Positions 28,919-38,323 of a stretch of 64,000 nt of DNA are shown piece after piece. The stretch lies in contig CAWDKY010000015.1 of the NCBI GenBank assembly GCA_963802945.1, positions 160,001 to 224,000 on the forward strand. The letters run 5' to 3'. The translations under genes and the position numbers were made by a program. Within the stretch, counting starts at the first letter, position 1; every line of letters begins with the position of its first letter. This DNA is from an uncultured delta proteobacterium (GTDB lineage Bacteria > Desulfobacterota > RBG-13-43-22). The notes beneath the pieces were generated by a model. It was not told where the DNA came from. It worked only from the letters and a program-made list of their open reading frames with translations, and did not search any database.

Positions 28919-28975
28919 AGGGAAGGAGGGAATTTCTTCCGTTGGAAGAAATTTCGATTTACCTTCCTTTTTTTT
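28919..28975. terminator. Likely bidirectional intrinsic terminator
   Basis: aagggaagg..gaatttcttcc gtt ggaagaaattt..ccttccttttttt between convergent genes. Confidence 0.65.
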
Positions 28976-31070
28976 ATTTTATGGGCGGGCATTTTTCGAT
29001 TCGACAGGGAAAGGCCCGCAGATTGGGAGTTCCCATGGCCGGATCGAACGGTTCACCGGCTGTCAGGATATTGAGATTGGACCTGTCCCAGTCAAAAAGG
29101 GTCGAAAGCCCCTCTTCAGGAAACCACCAACCGTAATCCAGAAAAACAACCCGCGGATCCAACTTTCGGACAGATGGACTTTTTGCTCTATCCGTCCTTT
29201 AGGGGTTATGATGCGGGCCCAGTCCCCTTCGATCAAATCGAGAATCCTTGCCGCCGCCGGGTGGATCTCCACGATCGGTTCCGGATGTTTCTTGCGTAAA
29301 CTGGAAATCTGGCGATGGGCCGAATGAAAAAAATTGGAGTTTTTGCAGCTGGTAGCCAACAAAGGATATTCCAGAGAAACCCCGGGAAGTTCTGAAAAAG
29401 CCGGCAGAGGATCAAATCCCCAATTTTTAAGTTGTGTCTGAAAAAAGTTCCACTTTTTTTGAAGGCGTCTTAAATCCATCGGCTTCATATTTTTTGTAGC
29501 CCCCTTTTCCTTTAAGCACTCCCATTTCCTTAAACTGTTCATACTTCATCCCTGCAGGGGCCAAAACTTCATCCAAGGCCTCATGGTAGTCTTCCCAAAA
29601 ATGTTCACCATGACCCAAGGCCTTGCCCAACTCCATCAAGATCTTAATGTCCGGCCAGCTTTCTCCCGGAGGTTCGACAATCTTGGGACGAGCTGAAATC
29701 CAGCCCTGGGCCAGACCATAATGACCGATATCATCGAATTCAAAACCGGTGGCCGCCGGCAGGACGATATCCGCCAGGGCGGCGGTAGGGGTCATAAAGA
29801 TTTCCGAAACCACCAGAAGGTCGAGCTGCATCAAGGCCTCATAGGTTCGATGGGCATCACTGTTGGTGATCAGGGGATTGGTTGCCTGGGCCACCATAGC
29901 TCGGACAGGATAAGGGTGATGGGTCAGGATGGCTTGAACAACTATCGGTGGGGGAACAACCATAAAATTCGGAACAAGGTTGAAGGCCCGGTTCAACATC
30001 TTTTGGGCTTTGTCCGGCAGCAGATCGGCTTTGACAAAATCAGCCAGCCGGGCGACCGGAGGCATGGAAGGCATTATATTTCCACCCGGCACATCCAGGT
30101 TGCCGGTAATGGCCATCAAACAAAGCAGCGCCCGGCAGGTCTGCAGACTGTTGACGGTTTGCTCGATGGCATTGCCCCATTGGATGACAGCCGGTTGAGA
30201 GGTGGCGTAAATCCAGGCCGTTTGTATAATCTCTTCCGGCGTCAGCCAGGTGAGGTCGGCTACACGTTCCGGAGTAAATTCCGCAACCCGCTCTTTCAAT
30301 TCCTGAAAGCCCAAGGTCCATTGATTTACGAACTCCCGATCAAATAATCCTTCGCGAATAATAATATGAATCAGGCCCAGGGCCAGGGCAATGTCGCTTC
30401 CCGGTTTTATTTGAAGGTGGCTTTGAGCAATGGAAGCCAGATGGGTTTGCCTGGGATCAATGACGATCAGGTCGGCCCCTTTTTTTATTGACTGAAGCAG
30501 ATGCAGTGCAATGATCCCTTCCTCGTTGCTTTTAAGAAGATTGCTGCCCCAGTTTAAAATAAGACTGGTGGGAACCTCATAATCCGGAATCGGGAAAAAA
30601 CCCACGGTCAACAAGCCGGCGATTTCTCTGGGCAGGTGATAGACGTGTTGAGGACCACAGACATTGGGAGAACCGAAGACATTGGCTAACCGGATCAGGA
30701 CGAAATGCTCCAATCCTTTAGGGGCTCCTTGGGCAAAGACCACGGCTTCAGGACCATGTTCCCGTCGGATGTGGTTCAGCCGTTCGGCAACAAATTGAAG
30801 GGCCTCGGTCCAGGATATCGGTTTCCATCGGCCTTCACCGCGAGCCCCCTGTCGGAGTAACGGTCTGGTCAGACGATCGGGGTGTCTTGTTCGTTCAGCC
30901 GAGGCCAAGCCCTTGGGACATATATAGCCGTGGGAGATAGAACATTGAGGGTCTCCCTTGATGCTGACAATCCGGCCTTCTTGGACCTCGACCAATAGTC
31001 CACAACCCCCATGATCCATCCGTGAACAGTGGGTTTTAAAGATGCGAGAATTTTGGTTTCCATGTTTCAT
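28974..31070 (-). CDS. Molybdopterin (bis-MGD) oxidoreductase, acetylene-hydratase-like clade (two frameshifts)
   Basis: N-terminal Fe-S segment C..MDHGGC...CPKG; HPDRL, GSPN and TPTAALADIVLP motifs; C-terminal molybdopterin-dinucleotide domain continues in shifted frames (near 29428 and 29160). Confidence 0.85.
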
Positions 31071-31119
31071 CGGGGTTCCCTTTTAATTTAATTAAAGGCA
31101 TGCGGAAAAATTCATTATT

Positions 31120-31319
31120 ACAGGTTGCTCAAAAAGGTCCAGATATAAGGCGCCCGAAACCGGGAACCCGCCCCGAAGGGGTGGGACTGAGCGTTGCCCT
31201 TGACGCGAAGAAGTCCCGAGGAATGAGTCGTACATAGAAGTATGTCGCATAGCCTGCCCCGCTGAAAGGTGGGGAGGGATGAGGGCAACACAGGAGATGG
31301 GCCTTTTTCAGCAACCTGT
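31120..31319. mobile_element. MITE-like element (~200 bp)
   Basis: TIRs acaggttgctcaaaaagg / cctttttcagcaacctgt; same family as 17160-17360. Confidence 0.8.
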
Positions 31320-31513
31320 TAAATTGAATCAATAATATTAGAATCCTTTCCTATCACAGAGTCAAGTTGTTTTAAAAAAGACATGATCAAAAATTTGAAG
31401 GAAAAAGAACCTAACTCTTGACAACAACATATCTATTATATTAGATTTTTTGAACCAAGTTTGAACAGTATCCGCTAGAACCTTAAAAATCGTGGCGGTC
31501 TCGTTATTGAGAG

Positions 31514-32275
31514 GTGAAGGTGTTGGATTTAGGAATCTTGGGTCAAATTCATTTTAACTTGGATTTTATAGTTGGCTTTTTTAGTATTATCCTTATCAAT
31601 CTCATGCTGTCCGGGGATAACGCCGTAGTTATTGCCCTGGCAGTTAGATCCCTGCCCAGAAAGCAACGCATAAGGGGCATTGCTTTTGGCAGCGCTTTGG
31701 CGGTCGTTTTAAGAGTGATTCTCACCTTTTTCGCCGTCAGACTTCTGGAAATTCAGTTTGTTAAATTCATCGGCGGCGCGTTAATTATCTGGATCTCCAT
31801 TAAATTATTTGTCGAAGGGACTGGAGAAAAAGATCCTCATAAAGAAGCTAAAACCATTTGGCAGGCCATCTGGGTGATTATTGTCGCCGATCTTACCATG
31901 TCCTTGGAAAACATTCTGGGTGTAGCCGCAGCTTCCAAAGGCAATCTGTTTCTGCTAATCTTCGGGCTCGGGTTGAGTATCCCTTTTGTCGTCTTCACCA
32001 GTAACCTCCTGTCCATGTTGCTGGATAAATATCCCTTCCTGGTTTATATCGGGGCTGCTGTTCTGGGCTGGGTGGGCGGAGAGATGCTGATCACTGATCC
32101 ATTTATCATTAAACTCATCCAACCTTCAAACTTTTTCCAATACAGTGTGGAAATCTTTTTTACCATCGGCGTTTTGGTGGCTGGGAAAATCTATAGAAAA
32201 TGGAAAACATCCCGGGAAGAACAATCGCTCGAATCCCCATCCTCTACGGAAACCCTTAATTTATTCGAGGAATAA
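31514..32275 (+). CDS. TerC family (YjbE-like) membrane protein
   Basis: LSGDNAVVIA and ADLTMSLENILGVA motifs. Confidence 0.9.
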   Translation: MKVLDLGILGQIHFNLDFIVGFFSIILINLMLSGDNAVVIALAVRSLPRKQRIRGIAFGSALAVVLRVILTFFAVRLLEIQFVKFIGGALIIWISIKLFVEGTGEKDPHKEAKTIWQAIWVIIVADLTMSLENILGVAAASKGNLFLLIFGLGLSIPFVVFTSNLLSMLLDKYPFLVYIGAAVLGWVGGEMLITDPFIIKLIQPSNFFQYSVEIFFTIGVLVAGKIYRKWKTSREEQSLESPSSTETLNLFEE

Positions 32276-32281
32276 ACATTT

Positions 32282-32383
32282 ATGGCCATATTATCTATTT
32301 CCAGAGAATATCAAAACGGTTCTCCTGAAACTGCACGGGCAGTTGCTATCAGGCTGAGGGTCGCTGGAAAGAAAATAAGGTAA
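32282..32383 (+). pseudogene. N-terminal stub of a cytidylate-kinase-like protein
   Basis: MAILSISREYQNGSPETARAVAIRL resembles the IxISRExGSGG start of that family; stops after 33 aa. Confidence 0.5.
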
Positions 32384-32392
32384 AGGTTCCAA

Positions 32393-33509
32393 ATGGGTTC
32401 ATCCGTCTATTTTCTGGATTTGAAGGCTACGTTTAGAGAGAATCGGCTGCAACGAATCAGCCGTTTACTGGACCAGGTCCCTTTTTCTAAACCCTTGGTC
32501 AAAAAAAATCTGGTGGCTGTTAAGATCCATTTCGGCGAAAAAGGGAACACGGCCTATGTAAAACCCGTTTATGTCCGCCCCATAACCGACAAGATCCGGG
32601 ACTGGGGCGGAAAGCCTTTTCTGACCGATGCCAATACCCTTTATATAGGCACCCGCAGTGAAAGCGTTTCCCACCTCCAGACCGCTCTGGAAAACGGTTT
32701 TTCTTTCACCACTGTCGGGGCCCCCTTGATAATCGCCGACGGCATCAAAGGGAAATCGGCCGTCCAAGTCCCTATCCATCAAAAACATTTTGAGTCGGTT
32801 TCTATTGCCGCCGACATCGTCGATGCTGATGCCCTGGTCAGCGTGGCCCATTTCAAGGGACATGAATTGTCCGGTTTTGGGGGAACCCTCAAAAACTTGG
32901 GCGTGGGCTGCGCTTCAAGGGAGGGCAAGCTGAGTCAGCATTCCGATACGGCGCCCAAAGTCACCCGAAAAAAATGCACCACCTGCCTGGAATGCATCAG
33001 CCATTGTGTTCCAAAGGCCATTGACCTTCATGAAAATAAGGCCCGCATTAACCCGGAGAAATGTGTCGGCTGTGGTGAATGCATCCTGGTCTGCCCGCAA
33101 GAGGCCATCCAAATCCGTTGGAATCCATCCACTACAATTTTCCAGCAGAAAATGGTCGAATATGTCTTTGGGGTCTTGAAAGGCAAAGAAGGCCGGGTCA
33201 TCTTTTTGAATTTTTTAACCGACATCTCTCCGGCCTGTGATTGTTATGATCACAGTGACCGACCGATTGTCAGGGATATTGGGATCCTGGCCTCCAACTG
33301 ATCCGGTGGCCATAGATCAGGCCTCAGTGGATCTGGTCAATAACGAGCCGGGCAATAAGGATTCGGCCTTAATAAAAAATTATAAGTCCGGAGAAGATAA
33401 ATTCCGCGGGATCTACCCCAAGGTCAATTGGGAAATTCAGCTTCAATACGCCGAAGAAATCGGACTGGGGAACCGGAAGTATGAATTAGTCATCTTGAAG
33501 GAAACCTGA
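32393..33509 (+). CDS. DUF362 domain Fe-S protein with 2x[4Fe-4S] ferredoxin (frameshift near 33297)
   Basis: KIHFGEKGN, HFKGH, two CxxCxxCxxxCP motifs, CDC; continues DPVAIDQAS in a shifted frame. Confidence 0.88.
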
Positions 33510-33618
33510 ATTTAAGCAAATAGTTCCCGTCAAAAAAAATTAAGCTTCTGGCCTTGATCCGGGAAGGGATAGAAACCCAGAGCATCGTTCCCTATTCTAT
33601 TGAAAACGATTTGTCTCT

Positions 33619-35070
33619 TTGAATATAAGGAAAAAAATCGTGGCCGTCCATGAACAGTTAAATGTCTTTCTCAACCCCAAATCAGTGGCCGTCATCGGAG
33701 CGACCGAGCGGCCTGGATCGTGGGGTTCTTTCATTATGCAAGGGCTGCTCTCCGGACCGTTCCCCGGGCGGATCTACCCCGTCAATCCCCAGGCCGAACA
33801 GATCTTCGGGGTGCCGGCCTTCAGGAATGTAAAGGAGATCCCCGATGCGCCGGAATTGGCCGTCTTTACCATTCCCGAACCCACTGTGGAACAAACCATC
33901 AGGGAATGCGGCGAAAAAGGTGTGAAAGGGATCAGTATCATCACGGCCGGTTTTGGCGAGGCCGTGGAGAGCGGCAAGCAAAGGGAAAGGGAACTGGTGC
34001 GACTGGCCCGGTCCTTCGGCATGCGTCTGCTGGGTCCCAATGTGAGCGGCACCTTCAATCTGCACGCCAAGTTCAATGCCTCCGCAGCGCCGGTGGGGTA
34101 TCTTATCAAAAGCCCCATAGCCGGCATTTGCCAGGGCAGTTATGCTATTTACGATCTGCTGGCTCACGGTTTTTCCAAAAGGATGGGTTTGGGCATGTTC
34201 GTCCAAACCGGTAATGAGGCCGATCTGACGATCACCGATTTTCTGGAGTATGTCGGGGCTGATCCCCATGTGCAGGGCGTCATGATGTATATCGAAGGCG
34301 TTAAGGATGGAAGACGGTTTGCCGATGTGGTCCGCAAGGTGGCCAAGACCAAACCGGTCATCGTTTATAAGGCGGGGAAGACGCCGAATGCGGGCCGGGC
34401 CGCTCAAAGCCATACCGGGGCCCTGGCCGGCTCTTACCAGGTTTATGAGGGGGTTTTTGAACAGTCCAACATCATCGACTGTCCCACCATGGAGCTTTTG
34501 CTTCCACTGAGCCACGCCCTGGTGGAACGGCCGGCCATGCACGGAAAACGGGTGGCCATTGTGACCATGGGCGGGTCCTGGGGTGTGGCTTTAACGGATG
34601 CCCTTGAGGCCGAAGGACTGAGCGTGCCGATATTGAGCGACAGGCTGCAATCTAGACTGAGGGAATTGGGTATGCCCGTCCGGGCCTCGGTTCGTAATCC
34701 GGTGGACATCGGAGCCTCCGGACTCTTTCTGGCTGTAGATGCTCTGACGGCCCTGGGCCGGGAAGTCCTGGCCTCCGGTGAGGTGGATGCCCTGATCCTG
34801 CATGGAATGGGTCGGCCGGGTCTGATCGCCGAAAAGGAGGCTGACCCTTTAAGATTTTTCCTGGAGATCAACAAGACCGTCGTGCGTGACTACGCAGAAA
34901 TGGAGAAGACCTTCGGCATTCCAGTAATGATCGGTAGTGTCTATTCCCCCGGTGAGAGCCAGATGGTTTATGACCTGAATCAGGAGGGCATCCGCATCTT
35001 TGACCGCCTGGATGAAACCGCCCAAATATTATCCCGTATGGCCCGCTATTGGGATCGTCGGGGCGCTTAA
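33619..35070 (+). CDS. NDP-forming acyl-CoA synthetase alpha-subunit-like CoA-binding protein
   Basis: PKSVAVIGA, GPN, phospho-His motif SHTGALAG, NPVD; no ATP-grasp domain. Confidence 0.88.
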   Translation: MNIRKKIVAVHEQLNVFLNPKSVAVIGATERPGSWGSFIMQGLLSGPFPGRIYPVNPQAEQIFGVPAFRNVKEIPDAPELAVFTIPEPTVEQTIRECGEKGVKGISIITAGFGEAVESGKQRERELVRLARSFGMRLLGPNVSGTFNLHAKFNASAAPVGYLIKSPIAGICQGSYAIYDLLAHGFSKRMGLGMFVQTGNEADLTITDFLEYVGADPHVQGVMMYIEGVKDGRRFADVVRKVAKTKPVIVYKAGKTPNAGRAAQSHTGALAGSYQVYEGVFEQSNIIDCPTMELLLPLSHALVERPAMHGKRVAIVTMGGSWGVALTDALEAEGLSVPILSDRLQSRLRELGMPVRASVRNPVDIGASGLFLAVDALTALGREVLASGEVDALILHGMGRPGLIAEKEADPLRFFLEINKTVVRDYAEMEKTFGIPVMIGSVYSPGESQMVYDLNQEGIRIFDRLDETAQILSRMARYWDRRGA

Positions 35071-35093
35071 ATGGATAAGGAAGTGAAGCAAGG

Positions 35094-36299
35094 ATGAACG
35101 AGCGACGATACGATATCGATTGGCTGAGGGTTATCGCCATGCTGGCCATCTTCGTTTTCCACTCCACCCGCTTTTTCGATCCGGAAGGCTGGCATCTGAA
35201 GAACCCGGAGCAAAGCGTTATTCTGTTTGTGGCGGTGCGCGGCTTGATCTGGCCCTGGGTCATGGAGCTCTTCTTCCTGCTATCAGGAGTGGCTTCCTGG
35301 TACGTGCTAAAATCCAGGCCCGCGGGGGCGTATCTTTGGGAGCGGATCAAGCGGCTTCTCATCCCTCTTTATACGGTGGGTCTCTTTATCCTGCTGCCGC
35401 CTCAGTTCTACTTCGAACTCCTTACCAACGCGGGGTATAGAGGCACCTTCTGGGATATGATTCCGCGCTACTTCGACCGCTTCGGAATACCTCGATTAAC
35501 GCCGTGGCCTGAATCTTTATTGCCCATTCCCTTTTCCGGTCATTTGTGGTTTCTCCAGTATCTCTTTTTGATTTCACTCATCACCTTGCCCTTGCTGTTA
35601 TATCTGAAATCGGACCGGGGACAGCGCTGGATCACGACCTTCGCCGGATGGTGTGAACGCCCGGGCGGTATATTCCTGTTTGTGATACCGCTGGCCCTGG
35701 CGCTCACCGGACTCAGAGGGCTTTTCGCAACCCAGAGAAGCTGGGCTGACTTCCTCTGGTACGCGATCTACTTTGTCATCGGCTATATCATTGCGGCCGA
35801 CCGACGTTTCTCCGAAGCTTTCAAGAAATATGGGGGGATCTGCCTCGCTCTATGGCTCGTAGGCTTCGGTGGAATAGGTCTTCTCAAGTCGGTATTTGGC
35901 TACGGAACAATAGATCACCAGCCCTTTTCGGTGGTGTACGTTCTGTATCAGATTATATGGGGTATTGCCAGTTGGAGTGCGGTCGTTTACATTCTGAGTC
36001 TTGGGGCCAGGTACCTGAACTTTAACCACAAAGTGCTGGCCTACGGCAATGAGGCAGTTCTTCCGTTTTATCTATTCCATCAGACAATAATCCTGGTCGT
36101 CGGTTTCTTCGTCATTCGCTGGAACTTGGGTATTTTTCCCAAACTCCTGATCGTTGCCGTAATTTCCTTCCCCCTAATCCTGGCCTTGTACGAACTGCTG
36201 GTCAGGCGGTTCAACGTCATACGATTCTTCTTTGGCATGAGGTCGAAAAAGAAGCTGCCCACAGCTCTCGAAGCTTCCCCGGACGGGGCAGCCGGTTAG
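35094..36299 (+). CDS. Acyltransferase family 3 (OpgC/MdoC-like) membrane protein
   Basis: RRYDIDWLR, FFLLSG, HLWFL and PFYLFHQ motifs. Confidence 0.9.
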   Translation: MNERRYDIDWLRVIAMLAIFVFHSTRFFDPEGWHLKNPEQSVILFVAVRGLIWPWVMELFFLLSGVASWYVLKSRPAGAYLWERIKRLLIPLYTVGLFILLPPQFYFELLTNAGYRGTFWDMIPRYFDRFGIPRLTPWPESLLPIPFSGHLWFLQYLFLISLITLPLLLYLKSDRGQRWITTFAGWCERPGGIFLFVIPLALALTGLRGLFATQRSWADFLWYAIYFVIGYIIAADRRFSEAFKKYGGICLALWLVGFGGIGLLKSVFGYGTIDHQPFSVVYVLYQIIWGIASWSAVVYILSLGARYLNFNHKVLAYGNEAVLPFYLFHQTIILVVGFFVIRWNLGIFPKLLIVAVISFPLILALYELLVRRFNVIRFFFGMRSKKKLPTALEASPDGAAG

Positions 36300-36315
36300 C
36301 ATAAGCCTTATCAGC

Positions 36316-36648
36316 TCAGGTCAGGTCTTTCTTTTTGATTTCAAATTCCTCTTTATTGATCTCACCCCGAGCATACCGTTTTTTAAGGATCTCCAGGGCC
36401 GAGTCTTCCTGAGGAGGACTGGCCATTCCGGTGGGGCCGACAGAAAGAAGCCGGCGGATTAAAAGGACGATCAATACAACGATTATTACCCAGAAAACCC
36501 ACATACACACCAGACCGAACCAGCCCCAGCCCATCATGCCCGGGCCCCAGCCGCAATAATTTCCATAGCCGGCCAAGGCTTCCTTGGCCACCAGAAAAAA
36601 GGCCATGAAACCGCTCATCAAAGATAATGGCATTCTTGAAAGTTTCAC
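36316..36648 (-). CDS. SHOCT domain membrane protein
   Basis: GMMGWGW transmembrane segment plus ALEILKKRYARGEINKEEF. Confidence 0.88.
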   Translation of the reverse strand: MKLSRMPLSLMSGFMAFFLVAKEALAGYGNYCGWGPGMMGWGWFGLVCMWVFWVIIVVLIVLLIRRLLSVGPTGMASPPQEDSALEILKKRYARGEINKEEFEIKKKDLT

Positions 36649-36935
36649 TATCGTTCTCCTTTTTGTTTTTAACCGTTTAAATTATTTTTTAAAGTTAAAC
36701 ATGCCGTTAAGGGTAGTCAAGGGGACTGCAAGATAAACCTGTCATTTACCAACATACTCCCTCTCCGAAGGCTGAGATGTTTTTATCTTCCGCCCCTCTC
36801 AACGTCAGTAAAAAAAATATGTTCTAAGGAAACTTTGTGAACTCAATTGAAAAAAATGAACAGGCGAAATATAGCCTTTTAATAATCCCGGTAATCAAAA
36901 GAGGTACGAACGGACGGTTTCAAAATTCTTGAGCC

Positions 36936-37259
36936 TTAAAAACGCTCAATTCTTTTGGAACCTATTTTCCTTTTGGAGAACTTCGGTGGTATCAAGGCAA
37001 TCAAAGATCGTAGGGCCTGGTTAACTTTTTCAGAATTAGAAAAATATTCACGGACATCAGGTTCGAGCATAACAGCACCATCTTCCAACGTGAAATACCT
37101 AATATCTGTTGTTCCGTCTTCTTTAAGTATTTTGACGGTATGTCCTTCCCGGTATTGGCGGTAATACTTCCCCCGAGTCCCTTTCTTTCCTGTAAAATCG
37201 TACGCGGGAAGCAAATCTATTTCGCGCTCTTTTTTTAAGTTAGTTTTATTCTTCTTCAT
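36936..37259 (-). CDS. Putative antitoxin (BrnA-like)
   Basis: YDF.G..RGKY and LEPDVREYF...VNQALRSL motifs; start overlaps a BrnT-like tail. Confidence 0.7.
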   Translation of the reverse strand: MKKNKTNLKKEREIDLLPAYDFTGKKGTRGKYYRQYREGHTVKILKEDGTTDIRYFTLEDGAVMLEPDVREYFSNSEKVNQALRSLIALIPPKFSKRKIGSKRIERF

Positions 37260-37296
37260 ACCTTCTACGCTCCAATGGGGTGGCCTTACTGATCAT
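37246..37296 (-). pseudogene. BrnT toxin C-terminal remnant
   Basis: MISKATPLERRRYEEE* resembles the BrnT C-terminus IISARKAT..ER..YE; the upstream part is missing. Confidence 0.6.
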
Positions 37297-37385
37297 AAGA
37301 TAAGATTCCTGATTTTTTATTTCCGTAATAAAGATAATCAATCCGCCTCGTTTTATCAATAAATTTTTCGTGAGTAATAAATTTA

Positions 37386-37415
37386 TTGACAAATTAGTTA
37401 GTTATATTCCATAAT
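37386..37415 (+). promoter_or_regulatory. Sigma70-like promoter upstream of the R-M locus
   Basis: TTGACA-18 bp-CATAAT. Confidence 0.5.
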
Positions 37416-37672
37416 CCCGAACAATCAATTCTGACAACCCGCTCTCTTATGATCTAAAGGAGATCCATGGCCCAGATCCAAATCTCAAAAAATCCCCCCA
37501 ATAAAACACTTGTTGCTTTTGCATATGCGCCTTTAATCGGATATATTGTATTGGAAAAGTCTAGACTCGAGAGTAAAAATAATTCGTTCTGGTATAATAA
37601 TCTAAACCAACACTGCAGGTTGTGGCGTTAAACGGAACCAATAGAAAAACTTCTTAATCTCGGGGAAATAAT

Positions 37673-38323
37673 ATGCAAAAACTTACGGTCCACCTTCTGA
37701 AAACCGAAGCAAAAGCTTTCGCTGAAAAGGAATCAGGCCACAAAGAGAAATCTCTTTTCGGTGTGACAGACGGCAAAGCCGTTGGGACTTATCTGGAACA
37801 CAAGTTCCAGGAAGCGCTACAGAAAAAATACGAGTACACACGAGGTTCCTCCGCGAAAGGAATAGACTTCCCCAAACTGGATATAGACATAAAGGTGACC
37901 AGTATCCGGCAACCTCAATCCTCCTGCCCTTTTAAATCCGCCCGGCAGAAGATATATGGACTCGGTTATTCTCTCTTGGTTTTCGTTTATGACAAGAAAG
38001 ACGAGCGGAAAACACGCACTGCTACTTTGGATATCAAACATGTCATCTTCATCGAAAGCGATCAAACAGGGGACTTTCAAACAACGACAGGACTCCTTAA
38101 CATATTGGATAATAATGGTAACGCTGATGACCTTGTCGCTTTCATGACGGATCGTTTTTTACCGGTGGACGAGATTCAGGCTGCAGAATTGGCGAAGGAA
38201 ATCCTTAAAACCAAACCCCAAATAGGCTATCTGACTATTTCAAACGCACTTCAGTGGCGGCTTCAGTACGCCCGGGTAATTGAACAGGCAGGAAAAGTCA
38301 CCGGCGTACAACGCATCGTATGA
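37673..38323 (+). CDS. Type II restriction endonuclease, NspV-like
   Basis: GVTDGKAVGTY, GIDFP..DIKVTS.RQPQSSCPFKSARQK and ISNALQWRLQY match R.NspV as recalled from memory; adjacent to a methyltransferase. Confidence 0.8.
   Translation: MQKLTVHLLKTEAKAFAEKESGHKEKSLFGVTDGKAVGTYLEHKFQEALQKKYEYTRGSSAKGIDFPKLDIDIKVTSIRQPQSSCPFKSARQKIYGLGYSLLVFVYDKKDERKTRTATLDIKHVIFIESDQTGDFQTTTGLLNILDNNGNADDLVAFMTDRFLPVDEIQAAELAKEILKTKPQIGYLTISNALQWRLQYARVIEQAGKVTGVQRIV

Noticed and set aside
31440-31513. yybP-ykoY Mn riboswitch upstream of terC
   Set aside because: The leader is short and lacks the conserved motifs.
33299-33301. TGA in the DUF362 gene as a possible selenocysteine
   Set aside because: The conserved continuation (DPVAIDQAS) is in another frame, so this is a frameshift and not readthrough.
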